A stretch of 64,000 bases of DNA from Leucoraja ocellata. Lineage: Eukaryota. The stretch lies in the NCBI GenBank assembly GCA_036785375.1, contig JAWMAR010000169.1, positions 248,001 to 312,000 on the forward strand, written 5' to 3'. Numbering within the stretch: position 1 is the stretch's first letter; each line of letters opens with the position of its first letter. The translations under genes were made by a program, and so were the position numbers. Positions 23,778 through 36,954 of the stretch are shown here, in pieces. The notes under the pieces are model-generated. The model saw only the letters and a program-made list of their open reading frames with translations. It was not told the DNA's origin and did no database searches.

Positions 23778-25575
23778 TGTGAAGTGATGAGACCTGGTGG
23801 ACTAGGCTGTGTTCACCACCATCTCTGAAGAATCAGGCGTTCAGGAGGGAACAGTTGCCATACTGTGATGCATTCCATCAGAATACTTTCTACAACACAA
23901 TTGTAGAAGTTCAAGAAAATCCTCATTGACATGCCAAATGTTCTTAGATGCCAATAAAAGTAAACATGCCAATGTGCTTTTTTATTCAAGGCATTAATGT
24001 GAAGAGTCAAGGCTAGATTGCTGGTATAATGGATGCCGAGAATGTTTATGTGCTCCACCATCTGGATTGTCTGATGTGAATAGAAGATTGACCAGTCAAT
24101 AGTAAATGCTTAGCTTACAGAGGGCTTTCAGTGGTTGGCAAATGCAATGAATGGTATCTTATATGGATTGTTGACGGGAACATAGTCTTTTATTTATTTT
24201 TCTGTGAATGATATGGTGAAAGATATTGTTGCTCAATTTACTGATGACACAAAGAAACGTAGAAAAATAAATTATGAATAAGAAATAAGAAGTCTATAAA
24301 GACATAAATCAATTAGGTGAGGGGGCAGCAAAGATTTGGTAAATGGAGAAAAATGGTGGAATTAATAGGATTAACACACTTATTAAGAAGGTTGGCTCCG
24401 TCTTGGGGGCAGAGTTAGATTCATGGGAGGTGGGATTAGAAAGGAGGATGCTCCTCAAACTGCAGAGCATCTTGGACAATACAGCTCACCCCCACCATGA
24501 CACACTTCCCCCCCATTGCATCCTATCGTATCATATAAAAAGTGTAACATTGTCCATCTTTGCAAGAAATGTAACAAACTGAATGGTGAGAGATTGCAAT
24601 GGGTTGCAAAGTATCTGGGTGTCCTATTGTGTGATGACCAATGTTAGTATGCATGCATTATAGTCAGGAAAGCTAAAAGCTGTTTATTGCTAAAAACTGT
24701 TAAGTGGCACTGAATGCAAAATTAGGAAGGTTATGCTTCAGCTATATAGGGCATCTGTGAAGCTACATCAAGATTTACAATGTTCCAGAATGTTAAGGAG
24801 CAGTTCAGGGACATTTGTTTTGATTGATTTCAGAAATAAAGCACTTTCCTTATGAGGAAAGATTAGAATTTAGAAGACCAAGAAGTGACGTTATTGAAAT
24901 ACAAGAACCTTAAGGATCTTGACACAATGGATATGGAAAGGATATTTCCTCTTATGGGAGAACTGAGAACAAAAGATCACTATTTAACAATAAGGAGTTA
25001 TCTTTTTCAAATAAAATGAAGTGATTTTTTAAATATATACTCTTAAGGTTTTGAACTTTTGGAGCTCTCTTCCTCCAAGGACAGTAGAAACAAAGTCTTT
25101 GAAGGGAGAGTTAAGTAGATACAAAAAGGAGAAAACCAGAGACCAGAGGTAGACAAAGTTGAGGCTAATATCATTTCTACCCTTGTTACTAATTCCATAT
25201 AAAACATGTGAAAAAGTTATATAAATGCTGTACAGATATTATATGCAGAAATTTCCACTGAAGTTACAGCTTATCATGGGGCACACAATTATGAAAATTC
25301 CCCACCATCATGTGAAGAACTCCCTTCATGTTGGGACATATGTTGTGCTGTTGCAGAACAGGGCCAAGGAATGTTGTTGTTACCGTTGGTGGATTTTTTA
25401 GGCAACTCCATTAGGTGAATATCTTTTTCTAATAATCTTAAAAATATTCCCAGAGATTTAATATAAATGCATTTATAATGACTTGCTGTAGATTCCAATA
25501 CCACCACAATACATATCTTAACGCACAGGAATCAAGTGATCTGCCTGTATGGAACTTTAGAGAAACTGGGTAGTA

Positions 25576-27043
25576 GACCTTCAGCCCAGAGACATTAGGT
25601 TAGATGAACTAGATACCAATGTCTGACTATGTAAGTGTGTACATAAATTGTCACCTGAAATTAACAGAATTGGGAGTCTGCCGGGTACCACCCACTGCGT
25701 GTACGCCTGGGCCCCCCCCCCCCCCCCCCCCCCGGGGCAAAACAATAGGTGCTAAATAGATTGGTGAGGTACCACTTAAATCCATTACCATGGTGTGCTC
25801 ACTGCCACGCCTATATCAACAATGCAAATGGCAGACATTTTTCCCGCTGCAAAAGGCCCACCAGACCCCCCACAAAGGGCCTAAAAATAGGCTTGTATAT
25901 AAACGAGCAAGGTACCACTCAAAAATAATTCCAAATGAACAAGTTGGGTTCAAAATGGGTTACACCAGAAAAATAGTACGCTGAACTACAGGTAACAGAC
26001 ACCCCAAAAATGGACACCCTAGACCCTGCTGTCCAACTAGGCTAGCCTAGATATTGTGGGTACCAGTTGGAACCAAGTTTAAATCATCTACCACAGCTTG
26101 GGGAATATAAATTGACCTATGACAGAACAATTATCTGCTACATTGGGTCCTAGATATTAAAGGTACCAGCTAAAATCAGGTTTAGATTATCAATCACAGC
26201 CTAGGAAATACAAAATGACCCATGGCAGAATGATAACCCATCGCCTTGGCCTTACCAGACACCCCCCCACCCCCCCACCCCCCCCCACCCACCCCCCCAG
26301 TTGGGAAATTAAGGGTCTATTTGGGGAGTGTGGTAGGACCAAGGCAATGGATTATTAATGGGTGATTTTGTATTTCCAAGGCTGTCATTGATCATCTAAA
26401 CATGGTTTTAGCAGTTACCTTTGATTTCTAGGCTAGGCTAGATGGGCCCAAGGGCCCATTTGGGGGGTCTGGTAGACACAAGGCAGCAGATATTTGATCT
26501 GTCATAGGTCAATAGGTCATCCCCCAAGGTGTGATAGATTATTTAAACTTGGTTCCAACTGGTACCCACAATATCTAGGCTAGCTTAGTTGGACCACACA
26601 GTCTAGGGTGTCCATTTTTAGGATGGCTGGTAACTGTAGTGCAGCGGACTATTTGTCTGGCGTAACCCATTTTGTACTCTATGAACTCAACTTGTTCATT
26701 TGGCATTATTTTTGAGTTGTACCTTGCTCGTCTATATGAAAACCCATTTTTAGGCCTTTTGTGGGAGGTCTGGCAGGCTTTATGCAGCGGGAAAAATGTC
26801 TGCCGTTTTGTTGTTGATATAGGCGTGGCAGTGAGCACACCATGGTAGTTGATTTAAGTGGTACCTCACTCATCTATAAAGCATCTAATTTTTGGCCCCT
26901 TGCGGGGTCCCCCAGGTCTACACGCAGCGGGTGGTACCCGGCAGACTACCAATTCCGTTAATTTCAGGTGACCCCCCTACACACTCCCATAGTCAGACAT
27001 TGGTACCTAGTTCGTCTCTCCTAATGTCTCTGGGCTGAATGTC
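25576..27043. mobile_element. ~1.47 kb non-coding foldback (long inverted-repeat) element
   Basis: TTCAGCCCAGAGACATTAGG... at the left is inverted at ...CCTAATGTCTCTGGGCTGAA. ORFs 25790+ and 26575- translate similarly because the arms are inverted copies. Arms ~25576-26266 and ~26323-27043. Confidence 0.88.
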
Positions 27044-28062
27044 CATAGGAAGGAACTGCAGATGCTGGTCTAAATCGAAGATAGACACAAAAAGCAGGAG
27101 TAGCTCAGCGGATCAGACACCATCTCTGGAGAAAAGGAATAGGTGACATTTCGGGACAAAACCCTTCTTCAAAACTGGGAATTGACAGTATTATGGAAAC
27201 CACTGTTGAGGCTCTTTGATGATCAATGGAAACACTTTACATTCTAAACATCAGATACAATTGTCTTTTTCACAGCAGAGTTAGCACAATGGATGAGAAA
27301 TTGTTATCAGCCTCTCTGACTTACTCTTAGACTTAGACTGATTTTAACTCTGAATTTCATTACATTTGTGTAACCTTCACACTGAAAGATGTTTAATGGG
27401 GTCTGACAGATAGCTTTGTCTCTAAGACAGTCTTATTGCTGTAAAGAGCTCCTGATTAATGTTGGCCATATATTTTACCTTCCTTGCTCAGGAAAATTAA
27501 GGCCAGATTATGCACACACACACAAAATGCCACGTGTGGCATAAATCTTTCCTATTACTTTAAGTTATTTTATGCCATTTCTTGGTCTCTGGTATCTTCA
27601 TTCTTAATCAAAAACGGCCTTTAAATTTCCTTTCCAATGGCACATTATTTTCTCTGGAAATTGATGTTGTGGTTCAAATTCATCATTGTCTACATTTTGG
27701 AATTATACTTACCACCTCGGGAATAATAAATTAAAATGCTAAGTACCAGGCTGGGTGGATTTGCGCTAAATCATTCATTTCAACAATGGCCACTCAGGCA
27801 GTGACCTGATGGAACAGGCCACCAGCTGTAACAGGATTCTCATCATTCTCGTGTCATTGCTTTTGACGTAGAACAAAACCAGGCAATGATCCGCCAAGTA
27901 GTGAATTTAAAATTTACTCACAATATTATTCAGGTCAAAACTGATATCACTTCACAAGCTGTTTGAAAATACAATTTCTAATTGTATTATTATTGGAGAG
28001 GACACTGGCGTAGATAATTACAACTAAAAGGAAACCCAAATGCCATTTAACACTGTGATACA

Positions 28063-28390
28063 TTGGCTGTGACTCAGTGGGCAGATGGCACTCCCATTTC
28101 TGATCAGAGGATTTGAGTACAATATCGACCAATGCTCTGTGCAATTCTGTTGAAGAGCAGACCATCGCAAGTGTTATTTATCAAATGAGATGTTAAGTCT
28201 CTATCCTCCCAATCGGATGGATGCAAAAGATCCCCAGCTGCTATTTCAGAGAAGAATATAGTGGCTCACTAGCTAATTACCCTTCATTAAGAAATAGATT
28301 ATCCGGATACTATCCCATTGATCTTTGCACGTTTTTTCTTTGTACAAATGGCTGCCATTTTACCTACACTTTACTATGATGACAGCATTT
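28063..28390 (+). mobile_element. Ancient DeuSINE (SacSINE1/AmnSINE1-like) relic
   Basis: GATG.AAAAGATCCC...CTATTTC.GAGAAGA, AGATTATC.GG..A.TATC.CATTG and ACAAATGGCTGCC.TTT.CCTACA resemble the recalled Deu-domain/SacSINE1 consensus. Confidence 0.6.
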
Positions 28391-29084
28391 ATACAAACTA
28401 TATTTATTTTTCCAGATCATTACTTTTTTCTTCATATTAAATTTCTTCTATATCAAGTTCCTGAATTTTCCTAATAAACCCCTGGTGAGTTTATGGTACC
28501 AAAATCATCAACTCATTCAACACCTTTCTGGCTTGTGAAGTAATCTCTCTCTGTGGTACTATGTCTAAGGCTCTAAAAATAGCATCTATATTACATCTAA
28601 TCATATTCATTTATGACTAACGCAAAAACTAGCATATTTTCAAGGGGAAATGCGTGACCATTATTAGTGGAAAGAAACTGTAGAATTAAGTTATAATTCA
28701 AAAGACTAATTTGATTCATCACTTTCTCACTGCAAAAGCCTTTTTGTGAGGCTCCACAGAGTTGATAAATCAGGCTGCTGCATGACCTTGCTTCTTTTGT
28801 TCTGCATGCGGAGGATTGTAAAAGAACCCAGACATTTTTTTCCGGATGATTCATTATTCTCTCATTCAAAATATTGGTTATGACTATCAACGTCAAGCTT
28901 TATTGTTAATTAGCCATACAATTATACCTCCTATTTTCCTTGTCAAAGTTTAACATTCAATGGTTATGTTGAAATTCCCCCATGACTGGTTTTAAGTTGC
29001 TATCAATATACTATTGTGAGGCACTTGAAGGCCAGGTTTTCAATTTGGTTTCATTATCAGTCTTTTGCATGTTACCACTTTAGC

Positions 29085-30690
29085 ATCCCTATCAATGTTG
29101 GAGAGAGTCAACAACTTCAAGTTCCTCAGCATATATGTCTCTGAAGATATGTCGTGGGTCCAGCATGTTGATGCAATTACTGTACACAGCAAGCTTATCT
29201 ACGTCTCCAGTTCTTTAAATGATTGAGGAGATGCAGTAAGTTTTCCAAATACTCTACCAAACATCTACAGGCGCACGGTAGATAGCAAACTAATCAGTTG
29301 TGCCACGGTCTGGTTTGGTAACTCAAACGCCCAAGAATGTAGAAAGTGGTGGACATTGCCTGGATCATCACACTCAGTCACTAACCTCTCTATCAGTAAA
29401 GGGATCTACTGCAGGCACTGTTTCAAAAAGGCAGTGAATATCATCAAAGACCAGAATAATGTTGAAGTAATGAACCAAGCAAATGCTGGTTTATAAAAAA
29501 AAAGCTCAAAGTGCTGGAGTGACTCAGTGGGTCAGGCAGCACACTGGAGAACATGGATAGGCGATGTTAAAGATTGGGACCCTTCTTCAGACTGATTGTG
29601 GTGGAGGGAGAGGAAAGCTGGAAGAGAGGAGCAGCAGGGAAAACCTGGCAATTGATAGGTGGGTACAGATGAAGGTATTTTTAATAGGCAGATGATTGGA
29701 CAATGGGTCAGAGGTGAAAAGACAAAAGGTGTGAGATAAGGATTGACATGCAGTGAATAGTGAAGAAGGAATGTTGGTGGAGTGGGAGGACAGAAATAGG
29801 TGTGAATCTAGATGGGACAGAGGGGAGAGAGTGGTGGAAAAAGAAAAGGAGTGGGATTTAGTTAGTTACCTAAAATTGTAGAATTCAATATTCATGCTGT
29901 ATCACCCAATAGTATGAACATTGATTTTTCCAATTTTAACTAATCTCAGCAAATTCCCACTCCCATCTGTCCTTTCCACCCCTTTGTTTTTCCTCATTTT
30001 CTCCCCTGTGCCCCACCGAGACCACACCAAGTTCTCCCCTCCTCCTCAACCTACGTACCTTTCTTTAGCTTCATAATTCGCAACATCAATTCTTATCACA
30101 CTCCTTTTGTCTTTTCATCTCTGGCCTTTACCCTATCATCTACCTATTAAGCACCCCCCCCCCCCCCCCCCCCATCATCTGCATCCACCAATCACTTGCA
30201 ATGCATTGCCCTGCTCCTTCTCTCTTCCTGATTTCATCCCCACCCCCAGCACCAACCAATCTTATGTAGGGCTTCAACCTGAAACGTCACCGATCTATGT
30301 TCTCTTGGGATGCTGCTTGAGTTACTCCAGCACTTTGTGTCGTTTTATATCGAAGACCATCCTGGCCATGCTCTCCTCTCTGCTACCATTGGAATGAAAA
30401 TACAGGAGCCTAAAAACGGTCACTTCCAGGTTCAAGAACAACTGCTTCCCATTAGGTTTTTGAACACAGCACAACATTAACATGATATCTGTAACCATGA
30501 CCTACTACAGACTTGGTTTTGGCTGTACTATTATGATCTGATTACCTAGTATAACTGATTATTAAATCACTGTATAATTGGTTATTGTATATTTATTCAT
30601 GTGTTTTGCATTAATGGGCCTGTAAAGCTGCAGCCGGTATGAATTTCATTGTTCCATTTCCGGTTTGTATGACAACTAAACACTTGACTC
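29085..30690 (+). mobile_element. Degenerate Rex1/Babar-like 3' fragment split by an inverted pair of Penelope 3' ends (29454-30348)
   Basis: VERVNNFKFL..SEDMSW...KKAVNIIKD resumes at 30351 as HPGHALL. Duplication ATC(A/G)AAGACCA flanks the insert. Confidence 0.7.
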
Positions 30691-32654
30691 ATCATATCAA
30701 ACTTTTCCAATATAAATTGTATTTCGTAACTTCCAGATTCATGTGCAACAAGTAAGGCAAAAAGTAATTGAAGAAATGGAAAGCAGAGGAAGAAGCGTTT
30801 TGACCCAAAATGTCTCCTTCTATCTAGAGATGCTGCCGATCCCACCGAGTTACAGTACTCCAGCATAATGTGGTTGCTGGACTGTTAAAGTAATTGAAGA
30901 CATTTATTTTGTTTAGTCATTGTTACTATGTTTCTCAGCATTGTTCATATATCCATCTATTTCCTTTGCTCCCTGTATTTTTTGAACATGTTAACGTAAA
31001 TATTCACATTATTGTTCATGTTCATGATGTATTTGATCCTGAGGCAGAAGAGCCAGAAGCTCTGTGCAGAACAGCAAACATCCTCCTAGGTAAATGTCAC
31101 TACGTTTAGGATTCCTGCACAAACATGATAAGAATTTGTTGGCTGGTTTTAATTGACCATTTCCTGCCTGCATTCTAAATTAATATCCTTGGGGAAATTC
31201 ATCAAGAGGCCTGCTTCAATTCCGCAGCAATAAAGCTGAGGTATCTGTACACTGCACTTAACAGAATGGCCCAGGAACAATTAAAGGAATGAGAATGAGG
31301 TAAATTTTAGAGACACAGCGTGGAAATAGGCCCATTGGCCTGCCGACCAGCAACCAATATTTGAGTTTGTTTATATTTTTGGAAGCATTTGAGTTCACAG
31401 AGAGTATAGCACAGAAATTGGCCCTTCTGCCTAACACATCCATGCTCTCCCTTTTGCCCATTTACGCTAATCCCATTTGACCTCATTAGGTCCACATCCT
31501 TCTGTGCCTTATCTATTTATGTGTCTATCTAAATGTCACTTAAACATAGTGATTCTAACCTGCTCTAGACTTAGACAAACTTCCGCACTGTCCCTTCTAC
31601 CATATGAATCATACTATTGAGGATCAGGCCTGCTTTGGATTACTGGTTGACAACACGGACTAAAGGTAATTTGCATTGTAGATCGGCAATTAATTTGTGC
31701 AGCTTGCTGCAAGTTCCGTTTGCCACTTGCACCTTAAACCTCAGTGGTGGGAAAGCTTTGAGAAACAATCACCTTGAGGAAAGTGGATTTATTAAGGAAG
31801 CAGGTACAAATTTGTTGAGGGAGAAATCATGTTTAACTGATTAGATAATATATTTTGATGCGTTAATAGAGTTAATGAGGTTAATGCATTTGATGTGGTG
31901 CACATTAACTTTCGGACAGCTTTTTGATAAAGTGTTACATAACAGCCTTATCAGCAAAGTTGAAACACTTGATGTAAAAGGAATACCGATAGCATTAGCA
32001 CAAATTTTGCCAAGAAACTGTCAACAAAGAATCATGGTGAATTTCAGTTTTTCAAACTGGAGAAAGGCAAAGAGCGATTTATACCAGCGATTACTGTAAG
32101 GGCCAGATAAAAAAATCTGTATCAATGAGCAAGACTTTGGAATGCAAACCACAATTACATTTGCAAATGACACAAAACGTGGAGGCCATGAGGACTGTTA
32201 AAATAAAAGAATGTAGTAAAGCTGAATATTATATAAACAGGCTGCTCAAATGAGCAGATTAATGAAAGTGGGTAAAATCCATAAAATTCTGAAAAGGCAA
32301 AAAAGCTATGCTAAAACTCAATAAAACACTAGTTTTATTTCAGTGAAGTATTCTGATTAAAAGAGCTTTGACCTGCTAGGCTACAGATCTGGTGCTGGTT
32401 TACAGCAGATTGCTTCTGTTTCCACATAATACACCAAATGGCTTCCTTTTGTCATACTGTTCTCTGAATCTATCAACTCTTCCTGAGACACACATGCATT
32501 TTCTGATTTCGTATCTAAGCTGCAGCAGTAAATACTGTTTGGTTCCTACCTTGGCATTTTCAAAGAGAGATCACATTGCCGAAGTATACTGCCACTCACA
32601 TTTTTCCATCACAGAATGCCTGCGTGAATCCCATGATTTCAGTGTTGACAGGTA

Positions 32655-33437
32655 CTTGTTTGGGGAAGTGTATATAAAACAAATATAGACCCTATAATTA
32701 AACTCCAGAAAAGAGCTATTAGAATAATACATAAAGCTTCTTACCGTGAAACTACAAATCCATTATTCATAAAGTCCGATACCTTAAAATGTTTGGATAT
32801 TGTGCATGTAAAGACATTAAAAATACTTTTCCGAGTTGGGAATAAAAGCCTTCCTGTTAGTATTCAAAAATGTTTTTAATTAAGAGAAGGACATTATATT
32901 ATGATTAGCCATGGTCATATTGATGGCGGTGCAGGCTCGAAGGGCCGAATGGCCTACTCCTGCACCTAATTTCTATGTATTTCTATGTTTCTATAATTTA
33001 AGAGGGTTGTGTATTTTTGAAACGTAAAGTGAGAACCAATGTAAAATATAGATGTGTCTCAGTTTTGGGAGTCAAATTATGTAGTGGGCTTAGTGATGAG
33101 TTGAAATTTTGTAGCTCTCTGTTGAGTTTCTAAAAAGCCTTAAAATGTAAAATAATTATGGATTACAATGTAAAATGATTAAAATGTTAAATAATTACAA
33201 TTTAGCATACATTTTTTTTTCTTTCCTTTGTAATGCTGATATTCTGGGTTATCTTATGGATTGTATAGGATAGGCAAAAATAAGCTTTGTGGCTTCAGCC
33301 TATTCCTTTTTCGGTCATTGATTATGTGAATGTTGTGTGAAATGGATACAGTGTTGGATCATATTCACACAGATTGTAAAGTGTTGTTCTTTTTAATGTA
33401 TGACCAAAATAAACTATTCATTCAAACTATTCATTCA
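32655..33437 (+). mobile_element. Crack/L2-group LINE 3' end with a nested CR1 tail (~32900-32993)
   Basis: WGSVYKTNIDPIIKLQKRAIRIIHKASYRETTNPLF, then after the insert NLRGLCIF..VRTNVKYRCVSVLGVKL. Tail AATAAACTATTCATTCAAACTATTCATTCA. Confidence 0.7.
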
Positions 33438-36400
33438 TAAACTTGTCCCTGGTAAGGTTTTTGTTACCAAAATTATTGTCTGCATCCGTCAAGCAATTTG
33501 TTCACAAAATGTTAATGATTCAATAGTTGTAATAGTTAGAAGCAGATGGCCCCTCTACTGAATGTAGTTAATGGTCATCAGGGGAAGTTAATTATGATGT
33601 GTGGCCAGGCCTGACCTGTCAATGTGGTAAAATCATTCATCTGTGCCTGCTCTGTTGAATGGTCTGAGGGCTAACAAAATTAAGGGATATGGGGAAAAGC
33701 AGGAACGGGGTACTGATTTTGGATGATCAGCCATTATCATATTGAATGGCGGTGCTGGCTCGAAGGGCCGAATGGCCTACTCCTACAGCTATTTTATATG
33801 TTTCTAAGTTTCTATGGTTCTATGGTCCCTGAGCTAATGGCAGGTACAGGTACCACAGCAATCTCTTACAATGTTGCCGCAGAAGCTTTTTAAGTGCTAT
33901 TGTGTTATCAATCATCAGGAATCTACCTTCTCGGCCTAATATTGTAACGTTCCCACTGATGAAGCAGAAAATGTTATACCTTTCCCCAAGACTGACCTCT
34001 TTCCAAGGATCCACATTCAGACTCTTCTGTTCTCAGCTTCATTCAATGAACCACAATGACACTTAAGTTGGACGGCGTGACGGTAGCAGAAAGATAATGG
34101 CAATGCAAGGAATTTCCATAGGACCCTACCATCTCCATAGATTTGTCAGAAATTTGTTTTCTAAATTCCTGTGTGACAAATGTGCCCCACTCAGAGCAAC
34201 AGCACAGCAGCTCCCAGCTGAAAGGAACCTAATTCGGACTCCTCCGGTCAATGGAGCACATTTGAATTGTATGATATTGGCCTTAACATAAGTTCACATA
34301 TGTAAAAAAAGGTCTGGCTTAAAAATGTGATTATTCCTTGGAATAGGTCTTATGGAGATGGAAACATTTTTTGCAACCAATCTCTGGTTCCAAACAATAT
34401 GGCAGCACATTGATCAAGTAACTGGACTAATACTTTGGAGGTTTGAGTTCAGAACTTTCCCTGAAGAAGGGAGTTCAATGCCTACCCCAGTAACTGAAGA
34501 ATTTAAAATCCATCATTAAAAACATTGAAATTATACAGTTTAAATAGTAAGAGGGCTCATGGCATCAACATTATTGTATCTATCCGAATAACTGGTGCTT
34601 GTTTTAGGAAGAGGCTTCCATGTGACTGCAGAGTATTGTGAAAATGGCTATTTCGTGATTGCTTGCTCAAACAGTTAGAAACATAGAAAATAGGTGCAGG
34701 AGTAGGCCATTCAGCCCTTCAAGCCAGCACCGCATTTCAAGAGAATCTTGGTTGATCATCAGCCCATTCCTGCTTTCAGTACCCCGTTCCTGCTTTCTCC
34801 CCATATCCTTTGATTCTGTTGATCATGTCATTGAATTCATAAAAATTAGGGTTGGGCTGCAAATAGCCTTACTACCAATGCATCTGTATCATGAATGATT
34901 AATAAAAAAATATAGTTTTAACTGCAATCTGGTTTAAGTGGGCATCTGTGTCATTTTTTATTTATTTGTGTATGCTGGCGCATCTATATGACCTTTCTAG
35001 AGAGAAGCTTCACAGCACAGCTTTTTCTCTTATCAGAGAGCCCAGCATTACAGCAGCCAATTGAAGATGTCATATCAGGGCTGTTAAACAGTGGATTGCA
35101 GTTACTGCAATCGTTGATGCGAGATGTTATGGGGTAGGTTCACACCAAAAAATACACAAAGGGGGGTTAGAATGTGTTTAAAAGGTTTTCACAACACCTT
35201 TACAGAAAGGAATGCCCATATGCTTTAAAAAATTAAATTACTTGCAATCAGGATAGAATGGCCAACAATCATCCAAAAAAAATGGCCATCATTAAGTCCT
35301 GAGTGACTGAACAAGTCAGTATCTGCATGCTATTATGCCGATTCCAAATTTAAATGAATACATTTTCATGGTGCATTTAAAAACTGAAATTAACATCACA
35401 AATGTTCTGGTGGAAAGGATAATGGAATAAGATCTTTGACTATTTCCTTGCAGCAGTGCAGATAGGGTACTGTAAATAAGCATGGGGTATGTCATAGGCT
35501 ATTGATCATGGTAACTTAGATTATGAGGCCTGATTGTGCAAGACGATGTAAGTCCCAAATGCATTCAGCAATATTGCACAGTTAACAACTGCATAGTTGA
35601 ATTATATGACAAAATATTATTATACATAAAAGGAGAGCACATCGATGGAAAAAAATTGGTTGAGATACATTATCTCAATGTTCCTTTGACTCTGAAAGAC
35701 TAAATGGTTGATGGAAAAAGTTAATTCCTCTCTGACAAACTAACCATTTTAACTACTCTTATAATTCCAATATTGACGTTTCTGTTTTGGGCCTCCCGCA
35801 TCGCCAGAGTGAGATTAAATGCATACCAGAGGAACAACACCTCATATTCCCCTTGGGAAGCTTACAAACCCAACATTAAATTCTCTGATTTGAGACAATG
35901 CTCTCCCCACTCTTTCCCTATGCCCCCGACTGGGTGTACACCCAGTTCTCCCTCTATCCTGCCCCTTATTTGCCCCTGCTCTCTATCCCCTTCCACATAT
36001 ATTCCTCCCTTTGGCTTCACATTTCACTCCTCTTCTTTTCTTACTCTCTTTTGTCTCAGTTTCATCTCTAGCATTTGTCTATACATCTCCTAATCCAACT
36101 TCCCCCCTCACATATATATATATCCACCTATCACTTGGCTGGTTTTCTCCTGCACCCACCTCTCTTCCACTTTTCTCTGTTACCGTCAATCTGAAGAAAG
36201 ACCCCGACCCAAAATGAAAATTTCCCCCAGAGATGCTGCCTGACCCGCTAGGTTTTTAAAGCACATTGTGGGTTTTCTTATTCCTCCCTTTTCCTCCCTC
36301 ATTAAATCGAATGGGTCAGCAAGTGAGGATGTGACGTGGCATCTGAACCCTGATAGTGGGCTGATTGGCATGATTTGACCAGTGATATGTCACAAGGGTT

Positions 36401-36954
36401 AGAGTTAGGGCCTCAACTAATTACAAGCGCCTTAGAAGATGGGATTAGAATCAGAAAGCATTAGAATCAATTAAATCAGGTGGATCAGAAGATTAGAGCT
36501 GTAGATTTTATGAATATTGGTTGTGCACACAGGAGTGCAGGAGGAAGATGGGTGACCTTATAGAAATCATGAGATCTCTACAAAATCATCAGAGGAATAG
36601 ATCGGGTTGACGCAGAGCCTCTTGTGCAGAGTAGGGGAATCGAGATCCAGAGGGCACGGGTTAAAGGTGAGGGTGGAAGATTTAATAGGAACCTGACATT
36701 TTCCACACAAAGGGTGTTGGGTGCAAGGAATGAGTTGTGAATAGGAGATAGTTGAGGCAGGTAATTGATCATGCCCTGCTGTGTGCCCCCCATCCCACCT
36801 GGACTGTCTCCCTCAGATGGTCACGTCGCACAGTTTATTTATTTTTTATTTTTTTGACATCGGTTGGAAGCTGCATACCAAATCTTGTTGCACTGATGTG
36901 CAATGACAATGAAAGATATTATTATTATTGTTTTTATTATTATTATTATTATTA

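Noticed and set aside
25563-27179. AAACTGGG on both sides of the foldback plus adjacent pLTR as an 8 bp TSD
   Set aside because: The right copy is explained by the pLTR's own CTTCAGACTG end, and the left copy is not adjacent to the arm.
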